42,429 nt of DNA. It comes from an uncultured Fibrobacterales bacterium (GTDB lineage: Bacteria; Fibrobacterota; Fibrobacteria; Fibrobacterales; CAWVXU01). Shown in pieces: positions 30,121-39,083 of the stretch (positions are counted from its first letter, which is position 1; every line of letters begins with the position of its first letter). The position numbers were made by a program, and so were the translations under genes. Location: the NCBI GenBank assembly GCA_963934255.1, contig CAWVXU010000013.1, forward strand, positions 1 through 42,429. Reading direction: 5' to 3'. A model generated the notes under the pieces. It was not told where the DNA came from and did no database searches. It worked only from the letters and a program-made list of their open reading frames with translations.

Positions 30121-30975
30121 ATGAAAAAACTGTTAAATATTGGCGTAATAGGGCTAGGGATAATGTTCTCCTTTTGGGCTTGCGGTCTTTCCGATGTCAA
30201 CTCCTTCTTATTTGATGCAGATAAGGAACGAGAACTTGGGAAAGAATTTGACGAAGCATTACGAGATTCAATTAATCATCAATTTTTACCTGAGAATCAT
30301 GAGTTTTCAATTTATGCAACTAAATTGAAAGATTCAATCGTGTCAAAGATAAATGATAAAACTTGGGATGATGTTTTACCCTCTAATGTAGGGAAGGCAA
30401 AATTTTTCTCAGTTTCGGTAATTGATACAAATATTGCTAATGCTTTTGCTGTACCAGGTGGCTATTTTTATTTATACACTGGTATTTTAGAAACAATGAA
30501 AGATGAGTCTGAGCTTGTCGCTGTTATGGGACATGAAATTGGGCATGTTCTTGCGCACCATAGCCGTGACCGTATTATTTCTGCAACAGCCACAAGTGCT
30601 GCTCTTAATGTGTTCCTTGGGGAAGGTGGTGCCGGTGAGCTCATTGGCAGTCTAGGAGCTGGGTATTTCTTAACTCAAAACGGGCAAGATGATGAATTAG
30701 AAGCGGACGCATATGGAGTTCAATTTGCAAAAGATGTGGGAGTGAAACCTACTGGTATTTCGACTTATTTTGGGAATGGAATTGTTGATGCAGAAACCGG
30801 TAAATGCGATGAGGGTGGTATATTAGAAGGTGTATTAGATGTTTTCTCAACTCACCCACCTAATTGTGAACGTGTTAAAGAAGCTAATAAGATTGTTTCT
30901 ACTTTTACTAATGCGGAACAAGCGTACCCTTCAAACAAAATTCGTTACGATAGAAAAGTAGCGACTTTAAATTAA
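30121..30975 (+). CDS. M48 family zinc metallopeptidase, lipoprotein
   Basis: FWAC lipobox, NAFAVPGG, GHEIGH (HExxH), ELEADAYG, STHP. Confidence 0.92.
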   Translation: MKKLLNIGVIGLGIMFSFWACGLSDVNSFLFDADKERELGKEFDEALRDSINHQFLPENHEFSIYATKLKDSIVSKINDKTWDDVLPSNVGKAKFFSVSVIDTNIANAFAVPGGYFYLYTGILETMKDESELVAVMGHEIGHVLAHHSRDRIISATATSAALNVFLGEGGAGELIGSLGAGYFLTQNGQDDELEADAYGVQFAKDVGVKPTGISTYFGNGIVDAETGKCDEGGILEGVLDVFSTHPPNCERVKEANKIVSTFTNAEQAYPSNKIRYDRKVATLN

Positions 30976-30991
30976 TAGCTATTTGAAATGT

Positions 30992-31025
30992 AAAAGCTCT
31001 AATAAATTTTATCAGAGCTTTTTTT
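30992..31025. terminator. Intrinsic terminator between convergent genes
   Basis: AAAAGCTCTaATAA-att-TTATcAGAGCTTTTTTT imperfect hairpin with T-run. Confidence 0.7.
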
Positions 31026-31081
31026 CATTTTTTTAAAATCACTAGATTAATTGCTGTATAGTGTCCATTTAAATTGATTAC

Positions 31082-31675
31082 TTAGTCTAAGATTTTACTG
31101 TTTAGTATGACTTGAAATGCAGTCAAAGTTTTTTGAGGAACTTTACCTTTTGTAGCAATTGAAGGAGAGACAGCAGGAAGTGCTAATTGACGTTGCTCAC
31201 TTGACCCAATTTGTTCAAATAATAATGAAAATGCAATTGAAGATTCGATTGGCGACTCGTTAACAGCTTGCTCTAATATGTACTTAACTGCTTGAGAGTG
31301 AGTTTCAAAATTAATGTCAGATAAGGCTGTTTCTACTTGTTTTGAATTTCCTTCTATAGTGAAAGGTTCTAAAGGAAGTGAAATTGCTTCATCTTCAATT
31401 TGATTGACCACCATAGAAGTGGCAATTCCTTGGGATTTGGCTGTGCTGGATTTTGTGTTTTCAATATCAAGCTTCAATGAAAGATAAAGGTGATATTTTG
31501 ATTTATCATCTTTAAATTCAATATCTGGTGTAACGAGTGAATCAATATTAAATGATTTGAAATTAACAATAAGGTTTTTAACTGAGGCATTTTGATCAAT
31601 TTCATCAACTGCATCGGATAGGCAAGATGTCATTAATAAACAGAGGCTTAAAGCTAAAAAGTAGATTGTTTTCAT
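31082..31675 (-). CDS. Hypothetical lipoprotein (possible LEA_2/WHy-like beta sandwich)
   Basis: LMTSC lipobox; LKLDIEN...PFTIEGNSK pattern loosely LEA_2-like; 1 nt downstream of glgB. Confidence 0.65.
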   Translation of the reverse strand: MKTIYFLALSLCLLMTSCLSDAVDEIDQNASVKNLIVNFKSFNIDSLVTPDIEFKDDKSKYHLYLSLKLDIENTKSSTAKSQGIATSMVVNQIEDEAISLPLEPFTIEGNSKQVETALSDINFETHSQAVKYILEQAVNESPIESSIAFSLLFEQIGSSEQRQLALPAVSPSIATKGKVPQKTLTAFQVILNSKILD

Positions 31676-31676
31676 T

Positions 31677-33812
31677 TTATGCTTTCCTTAGAATGATGCA
31701 GCCAAGTGGTGGAATCACCATTAATGCACTGTAGGGTTGATGTTGCCATGGTAGGTCATGAGTATCTATTGAGTTGCTATTGACACAACCAGAGCCACCC
31801 CATTGTTTATCGTCGGTGTTGAGTATCTCGACCCAAGAACCTGAAGAGGGTAGTCCAAATCTATGGCTCTGCCTTGATACTGGTGTGAAGTTACAGGCTA
31901 CGAAAATTTCGTTACCAGCACTATCTCTGCGCAGGAAAGCGATGATGGATTGGTCAGCATCTTCACAGTCTACCCATTGGAACCCTTCATATGAATTGTC
32001 TATTTCAAAGAGTGGAGCTTCGTTTGAATAAAGCTTATTTAAGGTTGTGAGCATATCTCCAACCTGTGAATGACTTCGATGATTTTGGTGCTCCCAAGCT
32101 AGCTCCTCTTTTGACGCCCATTCTTTTCTTTGTGCAATTTCGGCACCCATGAATAGAAGTTTTTTACCTGGATGACAGTACATAAAGGCATATAGAAGGC
32201 GAAGATTTGCAAATTTTTGCCAATCGTCGCCGGGCATTTTTTCAAGTAAACTGTTTTTACCATGAACAACTTCATCATGTGACAATACCAGTATAAATTT
32301 TTCACTGAATGCATAGTACATGCTGAATGTGAGTAAATTATGATGAAATTTACGATGTATGGGTTCTTTTTCCATATAGCTCAAAAAATCATTCATCCAT
32401 CCCATATTCCATTTCAAATGAAATCCAAGTCCGTCTTGCTCTGCAAGCTTCGTAACTCGAGGGAAGCTTGTTGATTCTTCAGCAATGAGTAAAGCGTTTG
32501 GAGTTTCTTTGCGAACTACAGAGCTTAAGTGTTTGAAGAACTCTATGGCATCACGATTGATGTTGTCACCGTATTCACTCGGGACCCACTGTCCTTCCTC
32601 TTTACCATAATCTAGGTATAGCATAGATGCAACAGCATCAACTCTGAGTCCATCTATGTGGAATTCTTTTAGCCAATAAAGTGCATTGGCGATGAGAAAA
32701 TTGGAAACTTCCTTCCGACCATAATTAAATATGTAAGTCCCCCAATGTGGGTGTTCACCTTGGCGCGGATCAGAATGCTCATAAAGTGCAGTTCCATCAA
32801 ATAGTCCAAGCGCTTGTGAATCTTTAGGGAAGTGTGCTGGCACCCAATCTAAGATAACACCAACATCCTCTTGGTGGCATTTATCTACAAACGATTTGAA
32901 ATCGTCAACGTTGCCATGTCTGGAGTTAACTGAATAGTAGCCTGTTACTTGATACCCCCATGATTCGTCAAGTGGGTGCTCAGAAACCGGGAGTAATTGT
33001 AGATGAGTAAATCCATGTTCTTTGACATAAGGGATTAATTCCTCTTCTAGCTCTTTATATGTTAAGAAGTCACGACCGTCTTTTGGTTTTTTCCATGAAC
33101 CGATGTGTACCTCATATATTGACATGGCTTGGTTATCAATATTGTTGTTGTTTTGCTTGGCCGACCAAGCATGGTCTTCCCAGTTGTACTTTGAATCAAC
33201 GACTATGCTGCCTTGTTTGGGTCTAGCCTCTGAGAACTTAGCATAGGGGTCTAACTTTGTTAGACATTCACCATTTTGGGTGATAATTTCAAATTTATAT
33301 AAAGTATCTATTTGGCAATTAGGTAAGAAAATTTCCCAAATACCGCTAGAACCCATAGGGCGCATTGGGTTTCTATTACCATTCCACTCATTGAATGATC
33401 CAATGAGTGATATTGATTTAGCAGAAGGAGCCCACACAGCAAATCTAGTGCCTTTGTGACCTTCGTGTTCAAGTATGTTTGAGCCTAGCTTTTCGTATAT
33501 CTTATACTGCGTGCCCTCTCCTATGAGGTGTAGATCAGTATCAGAGAGTGAAGGGAAGAATGAATACGGGTCAAAAGTGCTATATTCATGCCCAGATTTA
33601 CCTTCAAAAGTAAGTTGAACTGGTGTTGCAAGCTGACCCTTAAGGAATGTACGAAAAATATCGGTACCTTCTAGTCTAGGGATCTCTTGTTGGCCAAGAA
33701 AAACTTTATCGGCATGGGGAGCAAATACAGTGTAGCTCCACTTTGTGTCAATTTGATGTAGACCCAAATATCTAAAAGGGTCACCAGTGCGTAATTCTTC
33801 AACAGTAAACAT
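31677..33812 (-). CDS. glgB: 1,4-alpha-glucan branching enzyme
   Basis: FAVWAP, IYEVHIGSW, SWGYQ, DWVPAHFP, GLRVDAVASM, AEEST, LSHDEVVHGK. Confidence 0.98.
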   Translation of the reverse strand: MFTVEELRTGDPFRYLGLHQIDTKWSYTVFAPHADKVFLGQQEIPRLEGTDIFRTFLKGQLATPVQLTFEGKSGHEYSTFDPYSFFPSLSDTDLHLIGEGTQYKIYEKLGSNILEHEGHKGTRFAVWAPSAKSISLIGSFNEWNGNRNPMRPMGSSGIWEIFLPNCQIDTLYKFEIITQNGECLTKLDPYAKFSEARPKQGSIVVDSKYNWEDHAWSAKQNNNNIDNQAMSIYEVHIGSWKKPKDGRDFLTYKELEEELIPYVKEHGFTHLQLLPVSEHPLDESWGYQVTGYYSVNSRHGNVDDFKSFVDKCHQEDVGVILDWVPAHFPKDSQALGLFDGTALYEHSDPRQGEHPHWGTYIFNYGRKEVSNFLIANALYWLKEFHIDGLRVDAVASMLYLDYGKEEGQWVPSEYGDNINRDAIEFFKHLSSVVRKETPNALLIAEESTSFPRVTKLAEQDGLGFHLKWNMGWMNDFLSYMEKEPIHRKFHHNLLTFSMYYAFSEKFILVLSHDEVVHGKNSLLEKMPGDDWQKFANLRLLYAFMYCHPGKKLLFMGAEIAQRKEWASKEELAWEHQNHRSHSQVGDMLTTLNKLYSNEAPLFEIDNSYEGFQWVDCEDADQSIIAFLRRDSAGNEIFVACNFTPVSRQSHRFGLPSSGSWVEILNTDDKQWGGSGCVNSNSIDTHDLPWQHQPYSALMVIPPLGCIILRKA

Positions 33813-33934
33813 CTATACTCCGTTCATTATTGAGAACGAATATAGGTATTAATCCCATATCTTTTCATTATAATCAAAAGAATTTGATGATAATTTAGGG
33901 TATTTTTAAACTTATTTAAATAGACATGAAAAAG

Positions 33935-33968
33935 AAAAAAGACTTTCTCATAAGAGAAAGTCTTTTTT
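33935..33968 (-). terminator. Intrinsic terminator immediately after tRNA-Asp
   Basis: AAAAAAGACTTTCTC-ataa-GAGAAAGTCTTTTTT perfect inverted repeat. Confidence 0.9.
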
Positions 33969-33969
33969 A

Positions 33970-34043
33970 CGGAACGGACGAGACTTGAACTCGCAACCCC
34001 CGGCGTGACAGGCCGGTGCTCTAACCAATTGAGCCACCGCTCC
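33970..34043 (-). tRNA. tRNA-Asp (GTC), CCA not encoded
   Basis: GGAGCGGTGGCTCAATTGGTTAGAGCACCGGCCTGTCACGCCGGGGGTTGCGAGTTCAAGTCTCGTCCGTTCCG folds into a cloverleaf with anticodon GTC. Confidence 0.97.
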
Positions 34044-34046
34044 TTA

Positions 34047-34120
34047 TGGGCGATACTAGATTCGAACTAGTGACCCCCTGCTTGTAAGGCAGGTGCTCTA
34101 ACCAACTGAGCTAATCGCCC
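34047..34120 (-). tRNA. tRNA-Val (TAC), CCA not encoded
   Basis: GGGCGATTAGCTCAGTTGGTTAGAGCACCTGCCTTACAAGCAGGGGGTCACTAGTTCGAATCTAGTATCGCCCA folds into a cloverleaf with anticodon TAC. Confidence 0.97.
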
Positions 34121-34323
34121 TTAGTTTTTTTGTTCGAACCGCCTAGCACAATGCCTATTGGTAACAAAACGACATATCCTATGGTTAGTAGGACTGGTGC
34201 TAAGGTTAGTGTCTGAAATCCATTAACTGGTGCTTTGCCAAGAAAAATGAACCCAATCACTATTGTTAATACCCCTAAAGAAATAATAACGATGTTTTGT
34301 AAAGTGAAGAAGGTGTGTTTCAA
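34111..34323 (-). CDS. Small two-TM membrane protein, DUF3098-like
   Basis: LGVLTIVIGFIFL...LTLAPVLLTIGYVVLLPIGI pattern; SD-like AAGGGG 7 nt before TTG at 34323; last codons overlap tRNA-Val. Confidence 0.75.
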   Translation of the reverse strand: MKHTFFTLQNIVIISLGVLTIVIGFIFLGKAPVNGFQTLTLAPVLLTIGYVVLLPIGIVLGGSNKKTKGD

Positions 34324-34424
34324 ATTGTATCCCCTTTTCAATTACGAAACCAAATATAATATACCTAAATATGAATACAAGGGGGAAAGCAAAAAAAGTT
34401 AAAATAAATTGAAAAAGCTCAAAT

Positions 34425-36713
34425 TCAGTTTTTTGGTTTCTCAAACCATACATTATTTGGGTATGCAATTCGAGTGTGGAACATTCCTTCAAGAGCTTTG
34501 CAAAAACCTATTTCCATCTCTTTTAATTCTTTGAGAGTCACTCCCGATTCATCAAATTGGTCTTCATAAAGCCTTGTCTGTATTACTTTTTTGACAACTT
34601 CCCTTAATTCATCTCCCGTGGGGTTTTTTAAAGAGCGTGTCGTTGCTTCAATCGCGTCTGCTGCCATCAGCGCTACAGTTTCTTTTCTTTGGGGCTTAGG
34701 TCCACCATATTGATAATCTTCTATATCAGGGTCAAGACCTTGTTCTTTGGCTTTATGATAAAAATATTTAATCAGTCCGGTGCCGTGATGTTCAGGGATT
34801 CCAGAAATAATAAGAGGAGGGAGACGGTATTTTTCAGCGAGTGTAATTGCTTTCCTTACATGGTCAGCGATGATAGTCGCACTTTCATCTGGTTTTATGT
34901 CGTCATGCTTATTTTTCCCATTTCTTTGATTCTCTGTAAAATACTCAGGCTGTAATGTTTTACCTATATCATGATAGAGCGCCATCACACGCACAAGTAG
35001 TGCATTACCACCGATTCTTTCAACAGCTTTTTCTGCCAAATTAGCCACCATAATAGAATGGTGAAAGGTGGAAGGAGCATTGATGGATATGAGCCTGAGT
35101 GCTGGGTGGTTGAAATCACTTAATTCCATTAAGACTAAATTAGTTGTTATTTTGAAAACTCGTTCAAATAGAGGTATGATAATGAGACCTGATAAAGCAA
35201 TAGTTATAAGAATATTGATTGAGCCATATCCAAATTCAATTAAAGTTTCAGGGTAGTGAAATTGTGATCTCAAAAGTGATGTGATACTAATACACACAAT
35301 CATAGTGCAACTGCCGGCAAATGCAGCCCACAAGAATTGCCCTCGATAGCGTAAATTATTGAGCTGCCATGATATTATAAGTGAGGTAAATGAGGCTGTA
35401 ATAAAAGTGTTAAAATCAAATCCGGTAAGCATGGCTGCATAGGTGCCGGAGAGTAAAGCAAATATTAATCCAATTTCAAAACTAAACAAAACAGTTCCAA
35501 TTACACTTGCTAATGAGAATGGAACAAGATACCATGTACTTGTTTTTGGAAATAAGTCATTAGAGAATATCTCTAAAAGTTCTTTTTCTAAATCAATATT
35601 GTAAGAAATAAGTGCAACCTGTAATGCCGGAATTGCGGTCAGAGCTAGGAAAAATCTATCGTCACTTACCCATCGAGGATGCCTTTTGTAGAGGTAAAGG
35701 AAATAAAAAGCTGATAGTATAAAATAGAGAAGTGCTATGCCAATATTAGGGAAAAAGTAGTTAAGTTGATTGACGTCTTTTTTTTGTTCTACTTGTAATG
35801 CTTTGATTTTATCAATAATAGACTGGCTAATGATTTCTCCAGCTCCAACAATTTCAGTTCCATTAAGCACTTTTCCTTTGATGGGGAGGACTTGGTTTGC
35901 TTCTTTTTGTTGGCGACTCTGAGTCTCTTCGGCCATAAAGTAAATGTTTGGGGAAACACTTGCGTATAGTGTTTCATATATTGCACTGAGTAAAGCTTCT
36001 TTTTTTCCGACCTTGGGTTTCAAAATTTCAAAATGATTTTCTACACGAATTTCTGCTGTACGTATATCCTTTGTGTTAATTATTTTCTCTTGATCATCCT
36101 TAATGAGATACACTTTGTCTTGATTGTAGAATAAGTTCTTAGGGTTAATAAGATTGAATTGCTTTTTATATAACTCTAAATTTCTTTGATTAGGTGCAAT
36201 GAATTCATTACTCACACCCTTTTCAATAATTTGATTAAAATGGGTTTGTATGAGCGGAAGGAAGTCTAGATTATTTCCAAGTGTGTAAAGTGCACCTTGT
36301 GATATTTGGCGAGTGATTTTATTGAATAATAAAGCACTTTTTGATGTTATAACATCCTTTTTAGATTGAGTTGATATTTTGGTAAGTTTCTTTTTGTGTT
36401 GTGAAAACATTTTAATGTCTTCTATAAGCTCTTCAAATTGAATTCTTAATTCTAAAGTTTTATCATTATCCTCTTCGAATACAAATAGAACCTTTTCACG
36501 GGCCTGATCTTGTTCGCGTTTAAACTCATCTTGTTTTTTGGGAACATCAAAATTTCGAGTTGAAATAATTGATTTTGAAGCAACTTCACCTAATTTTGGG
36601 ATTTGAGATTTTAATTCAAAGTCTGTTTTAGGGAATAATAAATAACTTATTAGTGTGAGAATGATGGTTCCAAAAGCAAGTTTTAATTTCATGATCAGCC
36701 AGGCTTCTTTCAT
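34425..36713 (-). CDS. 7TM-HD (HDIG) phosphohydrolase, PgpH-like cyclic-di-AMP phosphodiesterase
   Basis: Extracellular 7TMR-HDED region, 7 TMs, LMELSDFNHP, APSTFHHS, YHDIGK, YFTENQ, EHHGT, YGGPKPQ, ADAIEA. Confidence 0.92.
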   Translation of the reverse strand: MKEAWLIMKLKLAFGTIILTLISYLLFPKTDFELKSQIPKLGEVASKSIISTRNFDVPKKQDEFKREQDQAREKVLFVFEEDNDKTLELRIQFEELIEDIKMFSQHKKKLTKISTQSKKDVITSKSALLFNKITRQISQGALYTLGNNLDFLPLIQTHFNQIIEKGVSNEFIAPNQRNLELYKKQFNLINPKNLFYNQDKVYLIKDDQEKIINTKDIRTAEIRVENHFEILKPKVGKKEALLSAIYETLYASVSPNIYFMAEETQSRQQKEANQVLPIKGKVLNGTEIVGAGEIISQSIIDKIKALQVEQKKDVNQLNYFFPNIGIALLYFILSAFYFLYLYKRHPRWVSDDRFFLALTAIPALQVALISYNIDLEKELLEIFSNDLFPKTSTWYLVPFSLASVIGTVLFSFEIGLIFALLSGTYAAMLTGFDFNTFITASFTSLIISWQLNNLRYRGQFLWAAFAGSCTMIVCISITSLLRSQFHYPETLIEFGYGSINILITIALSGLIIIPLFERVFKITTNLVLMELSDFNHPALRLISINAPSTFHHSIMVANLAEKAVERIGGNALLVRVMALYHDIGKTLQPEYFTENQRNGKNKHDDIKPDESATIIADHVRKAITLAEKYRLPPLIISGIPEHHGTGLIKYFYHKAKEQGLDPDIEDYQYGGPKPQRKETVALMAADAIEATTRSLKNPTGDELREVVKKVIQTRLYEDQFDESGVTLKELKEMEIGFCKALEGMFHTRIAYPNNVWFEKPKN

Positions 36714-36781
36714 CAGGTTGAATGATTTTAAAACACCGATGCGTCGTAAAATTACGGTATTCTATTTCTAATAATATATTT

Positions 36782-36821
36782 AAAAAAAAGAGACAACCCT
36801 GTGAATAAACGGAGTTGTCTC
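36782..36821 (-). terminator. Intrinsic terminator after the small lipoprotein gene
   Basis: GAGACAAC...GTTGTCTC stem preceded by an A-run on the plus strand. Confidence 0.65.
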
Positions 36822-36888
36822 AATAAGATAGTTAAGAATTTTAGTTCAATTTTTACAGCATTGCACAGTAAAGGACCAAAAGAATTTG

Positions 36889-37122
36889 TTATTCAGTCTC
36901 TTCATCAATTGAAATTCCCAGTTTACCTTTGAGTTCAAAGATTTCTTTGCGTTTTTCATGATTAGATTTTTCTGCTGCAAGCGCGTCGTCTTTCGCGGCT
37001 CCCACCGTCTCTTCATCTATTGACTCACCACCGCCCATTCCTGATTGAGCTCCACCTCCAGCGCCACAGGCGATAAGAGTGAGAGTTGTTGCTACAGCTA
37101 GTGATTTAATTAATAATTTCAT
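36889..37122 (-). CDS. Small lipoprotein with Gly-rich linker and helical C-terminus
   Basis: LTLIAC lipobox, SD GGAG upstream, own downstream terminator. Confidence 0.75.
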   Translation of the reverse strand: MKLLIKSLAVATTLTLIACGAGGGAQSGMGGGESIDEETVGAAKDDALAAEKSNHEKRKEIFELKGKLGISIDEETE

Positions 37123-37188
37123 GGTTTCTCCGAGTGCATATGCAATTTCCGTTTATAATCTATACTCTTTATTAAGAATACTCAAGTA

Positions 37189-38976
37189 TTAATCTTCGCT
37201 AGGTACGTTTACTGATACATGAACATCTAAAAGTTGCTGTGAATCAACAGGAGATGGACAGTTTTCCATTAACGAGGCTGCAGTAGACGTTTTAGGGAAT
37301 GGTATAAAATCTCGAATTGAATCAACACCTTCCATTGTCGCTACAATACGGTCAAGTCCAAAGGCTAAGCCACCATGTGGAGGGGCTCCATATTTAAAGG
37401 CATTAACGAAATATCCAAATTTTTGTTCGACTTCCTCTTCACTCAGGCCAAGAGCCTTGAATGCTTTTTGTTGGATCTCTGGGTTGTGAATACGAATTGA
37501 TCCACCACCAATTTCAACTCCATTTAGTACAAGGTCATAAGCTTTGGATTTCATTTCTTTCAAATTACCAGACTCAAAGTTTTCAATGTGTTCATCAAAA
37601 GGGGCTGTGAATGGGTGGTGCATTGAAGTATAACGACCTTCATTTTCAGAATACTCAAACATAGGGAAGTCAGTAATCCATACAAATTTACGCACAGAGG
37701 AATCCATCAACCCTTTAAGCTTGGCAACTTCAAGGCGCAAATGCCCAAGAGAGTTGGCGGTGGTCTGTTCATCAGCCGCGATAAAGAAAAGCATATCTCC
37801 AGGTTGGCCACCAAGGCGTTCTTTCATTGCAATGATTTCTTCTGGCTTGAAGAATTTAGCAACTTGTGATTCTACTGAACCATCTTCAAGGACGCGCATC
37901 CAAACAAGTCCTTTGGCGCCATAGCGACCTACAAATTTAGTCAGCTCGTCAATTGTCTTGCGTGTAAAGTCTACACAACCAGTGGCGGCGATCCCACGAA
38001 CAGCTCCGCCAGAGCCTGCGACAGCTTTAAATACACCAAAGCCACAAGTTGCAGCAATATCGGAGACATCTTTAATCTTTAAACCAAAGCGAAGGTCAGG
38101 TTTGTCCGAACCGTAGTCCATCATTGCTTCTTCATACGGCATACGCTCAATGGGCAGTTCAACTTTAAGGTCAGGCCATGTTTTTGGAAGTACTTCAGAG
38201 ATATAATCATCAAAAGTGCTTAAGATGTCTTCTTGTTCAACGAAAGACATCTCAACATCAATCTGAGTAAATTCAGGTTGACGATCTGCGCGTAAATCTT
38301 CATCACGGAAACACTTAGCGATTTGATAATAACGATCAAAGCCGGCAATCATCAAAAGTTGCTTATAAGTCTGTGGAGATTGTGGAAGTGCATAAAATTG
38401 CCCAGGGTTAACCCTTGATGGAACTAGGTAGTCACGAGCACCTTCTGGGGTAGACTTACAAAGAATAGGAGTTTCAATGTCTTCGAAATCGTGCTTTGCA
38501 AAGAATTCACGTGAATTTTGTAAGAATTTAGACTTAAGAAGAATTTTTTTCTGATTCCAAGGACGACGAAGGTCAAGGAAACGATATTTTAAACGAACAT
38601 CATCACCTTCTTTAGAAACCTCATTATGGTCGTTAATACTGAGTGGTGAAGTTTCTGATTTGTTAAGAATTACAAGCTCATCAACCATAATATCAATTGT
38701 GCCTGTAGGTAATTTCTCATTAATCATGCCTTCTGGGCGAGCCTGAACTTTACCAGTAATTTGAATTACAAATTCATTTCGAAGTGCATCAGCGACCTCA
38801 TGGACATCCGGATTGTGCTCAGGGTTAAATACCACTTGAGTTTTACCATATTTATCTCTTAAGTCGATAAAGATAATTCCGCCAAGGTCACGACGTCTGT
38901 CAACCCATCCACAAAGTGTGACAGTTTCTTCAACATTTTCTTTTCTTAGTTTTCCGCAGTTATGTGTTCTTTTCAT
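37189..38976 (-). CDS. aspS: Aspartate--tRNA ligase
   Basis: RTHNCG, RRDLGG, STPEGARDY, LPQSPQ, FRDEDLRADRQPEFTQ, GAPPHGG. Confidence 0.98.
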   Translation of the reverse strand: MKRTHNCGKLRKENVEETVTLCGWVDRRRDLGGIIFIDLRDKYGKTQVVFNPEHNPDVHEVADALRNEFVIQITGKVQARPEGMINEKLPTGTIDIMVDELVILNKSETSPLSINDHNEVSKEGDDVRLKYRFLDLRRPWNQKKILLKSKFLQNSREFFAKHDFEDIETPILCKSTPEGARDYLVPSRVNPGQFYALPQSPQTYKQLLMIAGFDRYYQIAKCFRDEDLRADRQPEFTQIDVEMSFVEQEDILSTFDDYISEVLPKTWPDLKVELPIERMPYEEAMMDYGSDKPDLRFGLKIKDVSDIAATCGFGVFKAVAGSGGAVRGIAATGCVDFTRKTIDELTKFVGRYGAKGLVWMRVLEDGSVESQVAKFFKPEEIIAMKERLGGQPGDMLFFIAADEQTTANSLGHLRLEVAKLKGLMDSSVRKFVWITDFPMFEYSENEGRYTSMHHPFTAPFDEHIENFESGNLKEMKSKAYDLVLNGVEIGGGSIRIHNPEIQQKAFKALGLSEEEVEQKFGYFVNAFKYGAPPHGGLAFGLDRIVATMEGVDSIRDFIPFPKTSTAASLMENCPSPVDSQQLLDVHVSVNVPSED

Positions 38977-39083
38977 GGTAACTTCCGTTTAAAATCTCAT
39001 TTTGATGCAAATTTTGAAAATTTGCGGTTAATTTTGTACTTATCTAGGCTTGGGTCACTCATAGGTGAGTAGCTTAGTATTTA

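Noticed and set aside
33813..34043. tRNA-anchored genomic island
   Set aside because: No integrase or duplicated tRNA 3' end; the tRNAs are followed by a terminator and the core gene glgB.
34351..34380. Promoter for the DUF3098-like/tRNA unit (TTGTAT-16-TATATT, also matching TAnnTTTG)
   Set aside because: Plausible, but such matches arise easily in AT-rich DNA; not supportable without TSS data.
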